From Nitrospirota bacterium (GTDB lineage: Bacteria; Nitrospirota; Thermodesulfovibrionia; Thermodesulfovibrionales; UBA6898), in contig JAYWMP010000141.1 in assembly GCA_035873255.1 (NCBI GenBank), positions 1 to 29,559 on the forward strand: DNA of 29,559 bases. The letters run 5' to 3'. The notes below the pieces were generated by a model. It made no database searches, had not been told where the DNA came from, and saw only the letters and a program-made list of their open reading frames with translations. Positions 16,905-26,239 of this stretch are shown one piece after another; positions within the stretch are counted from its first letter, which is position 1, and each line of letters starts with the position of its first letter. The position numbers and the translations under genes were made by a program.

Positions 16905-18686
16905 ATGCAGGGAAAACTGTCAAACGTACCTGAAAAACCGGGGGTTTACCTTTTTAAGGACAAAAACAGCCGTATTCTGTACGTCGGCAAGGCAAAAGGA
17001 CTGAGAAGCCGCGTCAGGAGCTATTTCAGGAAGTCTGCTTCACTTGACAGGAGAAAGGCTGCAATGGTCAGGTCTGTTCGTGATTTCGAGTATACGGTAA
17101 CTGAAAACGAACTCGAGGCGCTTGTCCTTGAGGCGAATCTCATTAAACAGTACAGGCCGCGTTACAATATTCTCCTGAGGGACGACAAGAGTTATCCGTA
17201 CCTGAAGCTTACGGTGAATGAAACATGGCCCTGCCTGAAAGTAGTAAGAAGGGTAGAGAAGGATGGAGCGGAATATTTCGGCCCTTATCTTCCGGCAGGG
17301 GCGATGTGGAACACACTAGCTTTTATCAGGAGCAATTTTCATATAAGGACCTGCAAATATTCACTCGAAAAGCGTATGAGGCCGTGCATGCAGTTTCAGA
17401 TAAAAAGATGTCCCGCACCGTGCGCCGGACTGATCGGACATGCTGAATACTTAAGCGTAGTAAATGATATAAAGCTCCTGCTTGAAGGTAAAAACAGGAA
17501 GCTCATGGAGACGCTGAAAAAAAAGATGGAGAAACTTTCAGAGAAGATGTATTACGAAGAGGCTGCTGTTGTGAGGGACCAGATAAAGGCTATAGAAAAG
17601 ATATCCGAATCCCAGAAGGCGGCTTCGCCGGGCCTTGGTGATGTTGATGTGATAGGTTTTTTCAGAAAAGAAGATCATGCCGTCTTTAAGATGCTTTTTT
17701 CAAGAAACGGCCTTATGATAGGTTCCAGGGACTTTCACCTGAAAAACATATCCGGAGAGACTGATGGATATCTGATGCAGAATTTTATAGAGCGGTATTA
17801 TGAAAAGGAGATTATTCCTCCCCCGGAGATAATATGTGCGCATCTGCCCTGGGACCCTGCTATATTATCGTTATGGCTCTCGGACAAAAGGGGGTCGAAA
17901 GTGAGGATATCCGTCCCGCAGAGGGGAATCAGGCGGAAGCTCGTTGATATGGCGAACGAGAATGCAGGGATTATCTGTAAAAGCAGGATAGATTCAGGCG
18001 GAAAGAACGTGATGCATGATATTGCCGCTATTTTGAGACTGCATAAAGTTCCGGAGGATATCGGGGCGTTTGATGTCTCGAATATTTCAGGAAAAGAGTC
18101 TGCCGGGGCTTTTGTATACTGGTCGGACGGGGACTTCAGAAAGGAGAGATACCGCCATATTAAGATGGACTATGTTAAGGGACCGGATGATTACTCGATG
18201 ATGAGAGAGTTGGTCGGAAGAACAATCGGAAGCCTCGGCAACGATCTTCCCGACCTTATGATCATCGACGGGGGCCGGGGGCACCTGGATGCGGCATTAG
18301 AGGTCTTCAGAGAAAAGAGTATCGGAGACAGGGATGTCATCGGGGTTGCCAAGAATCCTGACAGGGCCTTCCCGGCGGACGGAAAAGCTCCTGTCGGCCT
18401 TGAGGACGGGAGACCGTCATCATTGCTTCTGAAGAGGATAAGGGATGAGGTCCACCGCTTCGCGATAAGCTATCACAGAAAACTGCGGGCTGAAAAGGTA
18501 TTTGAATCTCCTCTCACGAAGATTCACGGAATAGGCAGAAAAAGGAGGTTTGAATTATTGAGACATTTTGGTAGTATAGATGCAATAAAAAAGGCCGCGG
18601 TTGAAGATATCGCGGCGCTAAAGGGCTTTAATGGAAAGATTGCCGGAAGGGTCCTGGAAGCACTGACAAGGAGGAAGAATGGGTAA
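16905..18686 (+). CDS. uvrC: Excinuclease ABC subunit C
   Basis: GIY-YIG (PGVYLFKD...YVGKA), LRDDKSYPYL, Cys cluster, UVR domain, AFDVSN, GPDDYSMM, IIDGGRG, RDEVHRFAISYHR and HhH (GIGRKR). Confidence 0.96.
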   Translation: MQGKLSNVPEKPGVYLFKDKNSRILYVGKAKGLRSRVRSYFRKSASLDRRKAAMVRSVRDFEYTVTENELEALVLEANLIKQYRPRYNILLRDDKSYPYLKLTVNETWPCLKVVRRVEKDGAEYFGPYLPAGAMWNTLAFIRSNFHIRTCKYSLEKRMRPCMQFQIKRCPAPCAGLIGHAEYLSVVNDIKLLLEGKNRKLMETLKKKMEKLSEKMYYEEAAVVRDQIKAIEKISESQKAASPGLGDVDVIGFFRKEDHAVFKMLFSRNGLMIGSRDFHLKNISGETDGYLMQNFIERYYEKEIIPPPEIICAHLPWDPAILSLWLSDKRGSKVRISVPQRGIRRKLVDMANENAGIICKSRIDSGGKNVMHDIAAILRLHKVPEDIGAFDVSNISGKESAGAFVYWSDGDFRKERYRHIKMDYVKGPDDYSMMRELVGRTIGSLGNDLPDLMIIDGGRGHLDAALEVFREKSIGDRDVIGVAKNPDRAFPADGKAPVGLEDGRPSSLLLKRIRDEVHRFAISYHRKLRAEKVFESPLTKIHGIGRKRRFELLRHFGSIDAIKKAAVEDIAALKGFNGKIAGRVLEALTRRKNG

Positions 18687-19635
18687 CAGGCATATATTTA
18701 TATCGGGTTCATTGGCGTATGACAGGATTATGGACTTTCCAGGGAAGTTTTCAGACCATATCCTGCCGGATAAAATTCATATTCTGAACGTATGTTTCAC
18801 GGTCAACGGGATGGTGGAAAAATTCGGGGGCACTGCTGGCAACGTGGCATATACTCTGAGTCTCCTGAACGAGAGACCTGAAATACTCTCTACCATAGGC
18901 AAGGACTATGGACGTTACTTCGAGTGGCTGAAGAAGAACAATATCCCTGCGGAAGGCATAAAAATAATAGAAGAGGAATTTACCGCCGGCGCATATATAA
19001 CGACCGACAAGTCCGACAACCAGATCACCGGGTTCAATCCAGGGGCGATGAAATATCCTTCTGAATACAGATTCGGTGATCTCCGGGCGGAAGATTCCAT
19101 AGCCCTGATAGCGCCCGGGAACCTGCAGGATATGGTCGGGTATTCAAAGGTATATAAAGACAAAGGCGTTGATTATATCTGTGACCCCGGGCAGTCCCTT
19201 ACCGCATGGGAAGGGGATATGCTCAGGGAGTGGATCGATGGCTCCGCGATACTCATCTCCAATGATTATGAGTTCGAGCTGATAACAAAACTGACGGGCA
19301 GGGACAAAAAAGAGCTGTTAGGACTTACAAAAACTATAATCACGACCCTTGGAGAAAAAGGCTCGGTCATCAGCAGTGCTGACGGGGAGATCAATGTCCC
19401 TCCGGCAAAGGTCTCCGATGTTGTTGACCCGACCGGCGCGGGCGACGCATTCAGGGCGGGCATGATGAAGGGGCTTGTGATGGGCAAGGACCTGGAGACC
19501 GCTGCCAGGATGGGAAGTATCTCGGCTGCATATGCGGTCGAGAAGTACGGCACCCAGGAGCATTGCTATACATACGAGGAATTTCTTGAAAGATACAGAA
19601 GCAACTTTGGAGAAGTCCAAGGTTTATTTTGTTGA
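18679..19635 (+). CDS. PfkB-family carbohydrate/nucleoside kinase (adenosine-kinase-like)
   Basis: GSLAYDRIM, FGGTAGNVAY, ISNDYE, TTLGEKGS, DPTGAGDAFRAG. Confidence 0.9.
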   Translation: MGNRHIFISGSLAYDRIMDFPGKFSDHILPDKIHILNVCFTVNGMVEKFGGTAGNVAYTLSLLNERPEILSTIGKDYGRYFEWLKKNNIPAEGIKIIEEEFTAGAYITTDKSDNQITGFNPGAMKYPSEYRFGDLRAEDSIALIAPGNLQDMVGYSKVYKDKGVDYICDPGQSLTAWEGDMLREWIDGSAILISNDYEFELITKLTGRDKKELLGLTKTIITTLGEKGSVISSADGEINVPPAKVSDVVDPTGAGDAFRAGMMKGLVMGKDLETAARMGSISAAYAVEKYGTQEHCYTYEEFLERYRSNFGEVQGLFC

Positions 19636-20681
19636 ATGAAGAAGCCTTAAAAACTTATCTGGAAAATGAATTCAGGGAGGTGAGTCACCTTGAGATAAGG
19701 AAACTTGGCTCCGGAGTTCAGGGCTCTGGCTACGCTGTAGAGATAAAGACGGCGGAAGGCGCTAAATCATACGTCATAAAGACCCTGATCCCGGAAGGAT
19801 TAGGGCACGACTATCCATCAGACAGGGCATCCGTCTTTCTCCTTGATCTGGATGAATATAAAAATTTGCCGGGGCAGGTAAAGGCCATCGATGTTCTTGC
19901 GGAGATGGAGGACGGCTCGATAAAGTCTATTGGCGGGGGAGTAGAATATTATCTGCTGATGGAGCAAGTGGAGGGAAGGGACTATTTTAATGACCTCTCG
20001 GAATTTGCCGGCAAGGACAAACTCGAAACACCGGATATAGTAAAGATAAAGGCGATGGCATCGTATCTGGCGGAGATTCACTCGGTCAGGCGCGACTCCA
20101 GAACACTCTACTGGCGAAAACTAAGGGATACCGTAGGGCACGGCGAATGTCTTATGGGTGTCTTTGATACATATCCGGACGGCACGGTCCCTTATGAAGA
20201 GATAACGGATATCATCAAAAAGTCCGTCGACTGGATATACAGGTTGAAACCGGGCTATGGAAGGCTGGCGCAGATACACGGTGATTTCCATCCCGGCAAT
20301 ATATGGTTTAAGGACAATGCCGATTTTATACTCCTGGACAGGAGCAGGGGACCGTGGGGCGAACCAGCCGATGACGTGACGGCCCTCGCAATCAACTACA
20401 TATTTTTTTCTGTAAAGAAATTCGGTGATGTAAGGGGGGCTTATCTTGAGGGATTAAACCTCTTTTTTGAGGAATATAAAAAGACCTCTGGAGATACGGA
20501 GATAACGGAAGTTGTCGCCCCGTTCTTTGCCTTCAGGGCGGCAGTTGTCGCAAATCCGGTCTTTTATCCTGACCTGAGCGCAGAGGCCCGGGAAAAAATC
20601 TTCAGGTTTACGAACAGTATCCTGTCAGTGGATAATTTTGAGGTCCGAAGGGTGAATGAATATATAGCCGGCGACGCCTGA
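19629..20681 (+). CDS. Aminoglycoside/choline-kinase-like phosphotransferase
   Basis: Gly-rich LGSGVQG loop, LAEIH, catalytic HGDFHPGNI and LLD motifs. TTG start overlapping the upstream gene. Confidence 0.82.
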   Translation: MLNEEALKTYLENEFREVSHLEIRKLGSGVQGSGYAVEIKTAEGAKSYVIKTLIPEGLGHDYPSDRASVFLLDLDEYKNLPGQVKAIDVLAEMEDGSIKSIGGGVEYYLLMEQVEGRDYFNDLSEFAGKDKLETPDIVKIKAMASYLAEIHSVRRDSRTLYWRKLRDTVGHGECLMGVFDTYPDGTVPYEEITDIIKKSVDWIYRLKPGYGRLAQIHGDFHPGNIWFKDNADFILLDRSRGPWGEPADDVTALAINYIFFSVKKFGDVRGAYLEGLNLFFEEYKKTSGDTEITEVVAPFFAFRAAVVANPVFYPDLSAEAREKIFRFTNSILSVDNFEVRRVNEYIAGDA

Positions 20682-20699
20682 AATCCTGCCGGCATTGTC

Positions 20700-20747
20700 G
20701 GAATCCGGAACACTCCGGATTCCAGCTCAAAGGACCGGGGGAATGAC
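20700..20747. repeat. Perfect hairpin / REP-like element between convergent genes
   Basis: GGAATCCGGA-ACAC-TCCGGATTCC (10-bp perfect stem, 20700-20723), followed by GGAATGAC at 20740-20747. Confidence 0.55.
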
Positions 20748-20809
20748 TCCCTGTCTATGAAATCGCCTGATTGCTCCCTGTTAGAGTGCTGGTATCTGAA
20801 TATATCCGG

Positions 20810-21367
20810 TCAGGACTCTCTGTTTTTGGATGTTACACCTCCGGATACGATGAACGCCATAATGTCCCCGCTGTCTGCTTCAAGAGGGGTGACCTGATCT
20901 TTCTGGACGATCAGAAGGTTGCCTGCAAAGTTATAAGACTGCGGAAGATATACGGCAACCCTGTCCGATAATCCGAAGTTGTTCAGGCTCTCTCCCGTTA
21001 CGAACCCCATCACCTCAATGTTGGCGCCCGGAATCAATCTGACCAGTACCGGTTTGTTAAAGCTCTTCTTGTCGCCTACAAAGGCCCCAATCAGATCTTT
21101 TATAGATGTGTAAATCATCTTTACAAGAGGCAAGCGGGTGAATGTTTTGTCAACGATATGCACTAATCCCCGTGTCAGAAAATTCGAGGTGATGAAACCT
21201 ACTACCGTAATTGTGATGATCGTGACGATAAAGCCCGCACCCGGTGTTTTGAATCTGAAAATACTGTCGATCTTTATGAATACCAGATACAGCATGTATA
21301 TGGTTGCAGCCACGGGCACCAGAAATAAAAGGCCCTCAAAGAAATATCTTGTAAGTTTTTTCATCAT
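20810..21367 (-). CDS. DUF502 family membrane protein
   Basis: FFEGLLFLVP, RLPLVKMIYTSIKDL, MGFVT, VYLPQSYNFAGNLLIV, AFIVSGG. Confidence 0.85.
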   Translation of the reverse strand: MMKKLTRYFFEGLLFLVPVAATIYMLYLVFIKIDSIFRFKTPGAGFIVTIITITVVGFITSNFLTRGLVHIVDKTFTRLPLVKMIYTSIKDLIGAFVGDKKSFNKPVLVRLIPGANIEVMGFVTGESLNNFGLSDRVAVYLPQSYNFAGNLLIVQKDQVTPLEADSGDIMAFIVSGGVTSKNRES

Positions 21368-21464
21368 AATCCTCCTGATATAATTCCCGCCGCGGCCTGG
21401 AACCCGGAAGGTTGGTTTTCTTGTTCCCGTTATCGCCAGATAGGTTAAATTACATTGATCTCAA

Positions 21465-21502
21465 TTTTCAATTGAATATACATTTTTCAATTGAATATAC
21501 AT
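21465..21502. repeat. Perfect tandem 19-bp repeat, each unit carrying the palindrome TTCAATTGAA
   Basis: TTTTCAATTGAATATACAT at 21465-21483 and 21484-21502, in a divergent intergenic region. Confidence 0.85.
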
Positions 21503-21810
21503 TCGGGCTTCAGTATAATGGAGACAACTGGAATTATACTGTATGTCTGTTAATAAATAAAACCGCTTGCCGGTCAGGCGTACAGGTAACATAAATTTCA
21601 GAATGTGGGATACCGGGGTTTTGATATAAGGGCGAAGGAATTGGCCAGTTATTTGAATCTGGAACAAGTGGGCCCGGTTGAAGTCGCCACAACAAGGTTT
21701 TTAAATCAAAATCAGGGGGATACGTTACGAAAATAGAATGTCTCAGGCATACATTGGAGCCGGCTGGTGGAAAAACGGACCCGCTTTGATGGACATAAGA
21801 GGCTTTTGTT

Positions 21811-22902
21811 ATGAGTAACATTTATTCAGACGACTTCTGCATGGCATGCAGGCTCACGAAGCGTCCGCTCGGCCGGGTGCTGGTTGACGGCGGTTTTATT
21901 ACTCCGGAGAACCTTGGCCGCGCACTGGAAGAGCAGAAGGAAAGCAACGAATTTCTCGGCGTAATACTTGTCCGCATGGGCCTGCTGAGCCGTGACGATA
22001 TAAGAGCCGCTATTTTGGTGCAGAGGTGTCTTATTTCACCGGAAGCGGCTGTCAGGTCCGCCGCTGGCGAACGTCAGCTTCTGGGCAGGCTCCTTCTTCA
22101 GGCAAGGCGTATTACGCCGAAAAAGCTGTATATGGCCTTGCATGAACATGCTGGGTCCGAAAGAAAACTTGGAGAGGCGCTGCTGCGTCTCGGATATATT
22201 ACCCGAAGTGAACTTGATTCAGTACTGGCGTTTCAGCAGCATCAAAGTTCCCAGCGGATCGCGGGCCCCATCAGGCTGGGTGAAATACTGGTGGCGACCG
22301 GCCAGATTACCCGTAAACAACTCGAGGACGCACTGGAGAGGCAAAGACATTGTAACGCGAAAATCGGGGAAGTGCTGGTCGAATCAGGTGATCTGCAGCC
22401 CCGGCAGATTGCGTGCGGGCTGAAACTGCAGAATAAACTGATAACCGCTGCTTTAGTGGCTGTGTTGTCTCTGGCGCCCTGGGCAAAAGCTTATGCCGCG
22501 ACACCCGGAAGCGCCGGAGGTCAGAATTTATCCGTAACAGCCGCTGTCGAGGCCAATTCCGACCTGGAGGTGATCTATCAGTCGCCGGAAATGGTGGTCA
22601 CCAATATGGATGTGCTTCGCGGACATGTGGATTCTCCCTCTGCTTCCCATCTGAGGGTCACGAACCGTGGCGATACCGGTTATATGCTGGTCTTTGATGG
22701 CCTGGGCGGGCCTTTCAGGGAGGTTATGCTGAACGGGATGGGCAGAGACGTTCATATCAGCTCTAACAGGGGGTGGGTTGTTCAGCCTTATGCCGGTCGC
22801 GGCGTATATGCCTTTGAGCTGAGCTACAGGTTTATTCTGTCGGAAAACGCGCAGCCCGGCACATACGCATGGCCGCTGACAATATCGGTCAGTCCGATAT
22901 GA
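21811..22902 (+). CDS. Triple MshEN (c-di-GMP-binding) domain protein fused to a signal/TM segment and a pilin-like beta domain
   Basis: Six 24-aa xLGxxLxxxGxxxxxxLxxxLxxQ-type motifs in three pairs with 5-aa linkers, then KLITAALVAVLSLAPWAKAYA, then a beta-rich domain ending PGTYAWPLTISVSPI. Confidence 0.75.
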   Translation: MSNIYSDDFCMACRLTKRPLGRVLVDGGFITPENLGRALEEQKESNEFLGVILVRMGLLSRDDIRAAILVQRCLISPEAAVRSAAGERQLLGRLLLQARRITPKKLYMALHEHAGSERKLGEALLRLGYITRSELDSVLAFQQHQSSQRIAGPIRLGEILVATGQITRKQLEDALERQRHCNAKIGEVLVESGDLQPRQIACGLKLQNKLITAALVAVLSLAPWAKAYAATPGSAGGQNLSVTAAVEANSDLEVIYQSPEMVVTNMDVLRGHVDSPSASHLRVTNRGDTGYMLVFDGLGGPFREVMLNGMGRDVHISSNRGWVVQPYAGRGVYAFELSYRFILSENAQPGTYAWPLTISVSPI

Positions 22903-22980
22903 CATGCGGTGTTCGGTCGAATTCGTGGAAGATGGCAAAAGGGCCTGTGAGGGGGCACTCATGGCGGTCACTGTGTTACA

Positions 22981-23667
22981 TCAGCCTCTGGAGTCACCGG
23001 AAAATTTTATATAATTTTCCCAGACTGACAATAATCCGGCGGTTGCACGGAGATCACCCGCGCAATATCTGGCTATATCAATATGCCGTCCGGATTTAAA
23101 GAGGTCTTTCACTTCATATCCCGTAATGCCGTCTTCCTTGGGGCTTTTAATACCGAATGTGCGGCACCACATATCGAGGCTGAATTTCCTGCGTGAAGCT
23201 CCGTGGAATGTGAGTTGTTCCAGCAGGTCGATATGAATGTCTCCATATCTGTAAGGCATAAGTTCCTTCAGTGGCTTTATTTTATGCACGGCTGAACGCA
23301 CCAGTATGAACGGGCAGTCAAAGCCCCTGCCGTTAAATGTGATGAACTGATGGTAGCTTTTTATCACATTCCAGAATTTCCGGATTATCTCCTCTTCCGT
23401 TCCGGATTCGTATTTAATCCCTTCTTCTTCAAAAGGCGGAACCGGATCGCTGTTGTTCTGAAAGAAGACCACACCTTTGGCTGTATCAGGATTGAGCATT
23501 CCTATCGTAATGATTTCACCCGTCAAGGGGTAGAAGGAAAGACTTTCTTTCACTTCCGCCCTCTCATCTTCGGATTCGGCCCACCTGAGCAGATATTCCC
23601 GTACCGGTTCCTCCAGAGTCTCAAAGTCTCGGCCGGTGGTTTCTATATCGAATACTATTCGCGCCAT
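22981..23667 (-). CDS. Predicted 3'-5' exonuclease (PolB exonuclease / RNase H-like fold)
   Basis: ExoI FDIET, ExoII FNGRGFD, ExoIII YCAGD. Confidence 0.85.
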   Translation of the reverse strand: MARIVFDIETTGRDFETLEEPVREYLLRWAESEDERAEVKESLSFYPLTGEIITIGMLNPDTAKGVVFFQNNSDPVPPFEEEGIKYESGTEEEIIRKFWNVIKSYHQFITFNGRGFDCPFILVRSAVHKIKPLKELMPYRYGDIHIDLLEQLTFHGASRRKFSLDMWCRTFGIKSPKEDGITGYEVKDLFKSGRHIDIARYCAGDLRATAGLLSVWENYIKFSGDSRG

Positions 23668-23716
23668 TTTCTGACTGTAGTGGGAATCGGCAATAAAGCG
23701 TCAGCCCTTTTACCCG

Positions 23717-25045
23717 TCATTTGCTCCGGTCTTCTCTTATGCTGTTATCGGTCTGTTGCCCGAAGACCTTTAATGTCTTCGGGAGCGCCTTGAGGATGTC
23801 CAGTGCGCGCTGCAACTGTGTATCATCTTTTTCGTCTATGCCGAATGAAACAGGCGCCGTCTCGGGGCCCTTCATCTCCGGTTCTTCCTGTTCATTTTTC
23901 AGGTGTCTTTTAAGGTCTTTCTCCCTTATTACGGGGTGCTCCTGATCGCCATTTTTGGCTTGCAGCTTAACGACTATATCCGGCGTTATCCCCTTGTTCT
24001 GGATGGATTTGCCCGCGGGAGTATAATATTTAGCGGTGGTGAGTCTGAGACCGGAGTGGTCACTCAGGGGGATCACAGTCTGGACGGACCCTTTCCCGAA
24101 TGTCTGCGTACCGAGAATAACAGCCCTGTCCCAGTCCTGAAGAGCCCCTGAAACGATTTCGGATGCGCTTGCACTGCCCTGATTTACAAGGACAATCATC
24201 GGCCCGGTGAAACTGCCGTTTTTCCGTGTGAAAAATTCGGTCTTCTCTCCCGACCTTTCTTTCGTGTAAACCACCAGTTTGTCTTTCGGCAGGAATTGGC
24301 TTGAGACGTCAATCGCACTCTTTAATAGCCCGCCAGGATTATTTCTGAGGTCGAGAATCAGCTCGGTCACCTTCTTCCGGCTGAACTTCTCCAGGGCATC
24401 GGAGAGGTCGGACGCCGTCTTCTCCTGGAACTGGCTTATCTTGATATAGCCGATATTGTCATTCAGTATCTTGGACTTAACGCTTTTTATTTTTATTATT
24501 GCCCTGGTTATGGTGAAGTCCCTGGTCTTCTTCCAGCCCTCTCTGAGAATGGTGATGGTGACGGAGGTCGCCGGCGCTCCTCTCAGCCGGGTGACGGAAT
24601 CATGGAGAGTCATGTCCTTGGTGGACTCGCCGTTTATCGCGACTATTCTGTCGCCAGCCTTCACGCCGGCCTCGTATGCCGGGGTGTCCTCAATAGGCGC
24701 TATAATGGTAAGCTTGCCGTCCTTTATTCCTATCTGGATGCCGAGGCCGCCGAATTCCCCTTTTGTGTCTACCTGCATCTCTTTGAAATCTTCGGGGGTC
24801 AGAAAGCTTGAATGCGGGTCAAGAGAGTTAAGCATTCCCTTTATGGCCCCGTATATGAGGTCTTTGGTCTTCACCTCTTCGACGTAGTGTTTTTTGACCA
24901 TGGACAGGACCTCGGTGAAAGTCTTTAAGTCCGCATAGCTGTCTCCCTCCGCGCCGACACTGCTGACCGGGAATTTGCCGACAAGGATGCCTGACGCCAC
25001 AAGCAGGAATAAAAGCATCCATATGACTGTTGTTCTCTTTCTCAT
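23717..25045 (-). CDS. ctpA: Carboxyl-terminal processing protease (S41A)
   Basis: N-terminal anchor, LDPHS, PDZ (GLGIQI), DLRNNPGG, SASASEI, TFGKGSVQ. Confidence 0.92.
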   Translation of the reverse strand: MRKRTTVIWMLLFLLVASGILVGKFPVSSVGAEGDSYADLKTFTEVLSMVKKHYVEEVKTKDLIYGAIKGMLNSLDPHSSFLTPEDFKEMQVDTKGEFGGLGIQIGIKDGKLTIIAPIEDTPAYEAGVKAGDRIVAINGESTKDMTLHDSVTRLRGAPATSVTITILREGWKKTRDFTITRAIIKIKSVKSKILNDNIGYIKISQFQEKTASDLSDALEKFSRKKVTELILDLRNNPGGLLKSAIDVSSQFLPKDKLVVYTKERSGEKTEFFTRKNGSFTGPMIVLVNQGSASASEIVSGALQDWDRAVILGTQTFGKGSVQTVIPLSDHSGLRLTTAKYYTPAGKSIQNKGITPDIVVKLQAKNGDQEHPVIREKDLKRHLKNEQEEPEMKGPETAPVSFGIDEKDDTQLQRALDILKALPKTLKVFGQQTDNSIREDRSK

Positions 25046-25066
25046 AGTTTTATCTGACCTCCTGCA

Positions 25067-26239
25067 TTATCTGCGATTTCTCTTCAGCCACTGCGCCGGA
25101 TCGAGGGGCTTACCTTTGTAACGGATTTCAAAATAGAGACCGGGTGCGTTCAGTATGCCGGATGTCCCGACTTTTCCTATTACCTGATTTCCTTTTATTA
25201 TATCACCGGCATGCGAAAAAATTTTCGAGAGATTTCCATATAGTGTATGATACCCCCCGCCATGGTTAATAATCACGAGCTGTCCAAAACCCCTGAACCA
25301 ATCCGCGAAGATCACCTTTCCCCTGTAAACCGATCTTGCGTCTGCATTGGACCCTGTCCTGATATGCACTCCGTTTCTGAATACAGGGGTGTCGAACTGG
25401 GGGTCTTTCTGTGAGCCGTAAGGGATCGCTATCCTTCCAGCCGTGGGCCATGGAAGCTTTCTTTTAAGCTTCGAAAACCCGACTGCGGAATAAGTGTCGG
25501 TTTTTTCCGATTCCCTGATGATTTCGAGAAGTCTTTTGGAAGCCCTTTTCAGCTCTGAAAGCATTTTCTGGTGAGAAGCTTTTTTATGTCTGACCGAAGC
25601 CAGGAGCATCTCCTTGGCCTTCCTCTTCTCTTTCAGTTCTTTTTCCTTGTCTTTTATCTTTTTCTCGGTATCCTTAAGCTCTTCATGGAGTCCCTGCAGC
25701 TTACTGTTTGTTTCAGCCAGGATGGCCAGATTGTTTTTATAGGTGCTCAGGACCCTCTGTTCATAATTAGTAATATTTTCGAGGTACTTCCATATCCTCA
25801 TCATCTGGGATATATCCTCTACATTCAGGAGGACCGCCAGGAGGTTTCCTGAATGCCCGACTTTATTAATCATCCTGAGCTTTTTCTTTATCCATTCCTT
25901 CTGCTGGTCCATGTTTCCCTGTGTCTGTTTGATCTCGGAATTGATGGTCTTAATCCTGGTTTTGGTCTGCCGCAGTTTTCTTTTGTACATTCCGAGTTCC
26001 GCTTCAATTTTTCCGAACTTCCGGTTGATGTCGGCGATTTCGTTCTGCACGGAAGATTCACGCTTCTGCGCCTCCTTGATCTTCTTCTTCTGTTTAATCA
26101 TCTTCATCTGTATCTCTTTGTATTTATTGTATTTGTCCTTGGCAGGCACACTATGAGAGATACCGGGGAAGAAGATTAAGAGAGAAAGAACAATGCAACA
26201 GGCCTTTAGTTTCCTGTGGTGGGTGGAGACGGAAAACAT
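25067..26239 (-). CDS. envC: Murein hydrolase activator EnvC-like (coiled coil plus degenerate M23/LytM)
   Basis: Signal peptide, long coiled coil, LPWPTAG. The M23 domain lacks Zn ligands (NGVHI, YGNL). Lies downstream of ftsEX. Confidence 0.85.
   Translation of the reverse strand: MFSVSTHHRKLKACCIVLSLLIFFPGISHSVPAKDKYNKYKEIQMKMIKQKKKIKEAQKRESSVQNEIADINRKFGKIEAELGMYKRKLRQTKTRIKTINSEIKQTQGNMDQQKEWIKKKLRMINKVGHSGNLLAVLLNVEDISQMMRIWKYLENITNYEQRVLSTYKNNLAILAETNSKLQGLHEELKDTEKKIKDKEKELKEKRKAKEMLLASVRHKKASHQKMLSELKRASKRLLEIIRESEKTDTYSAVGFSKLKRKLPWPTAGRIAIPYGSQKDPQFDTPVFRNGVHIRTGSNADARSVYRGKVIFADWFRGFGQLVIINHGGGYHTLYGNLSKIFSHAGDIIKGNQVIGKVGTSGILNAPGLYFEIRYKGKPLDPAQWLKRNRR

Noticed and set aside
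21465-21502. Possible CRISPR array
   Set aside because: Only two abutting 19-bp units, with no spacers and no cas genes.
21541-21810. c-di-GMP riboswitch upstream of the MshEN gene
   Set aside because: No recognisable GEMM core (GGCAAACC...GAAA...GCAAAG) was seen.
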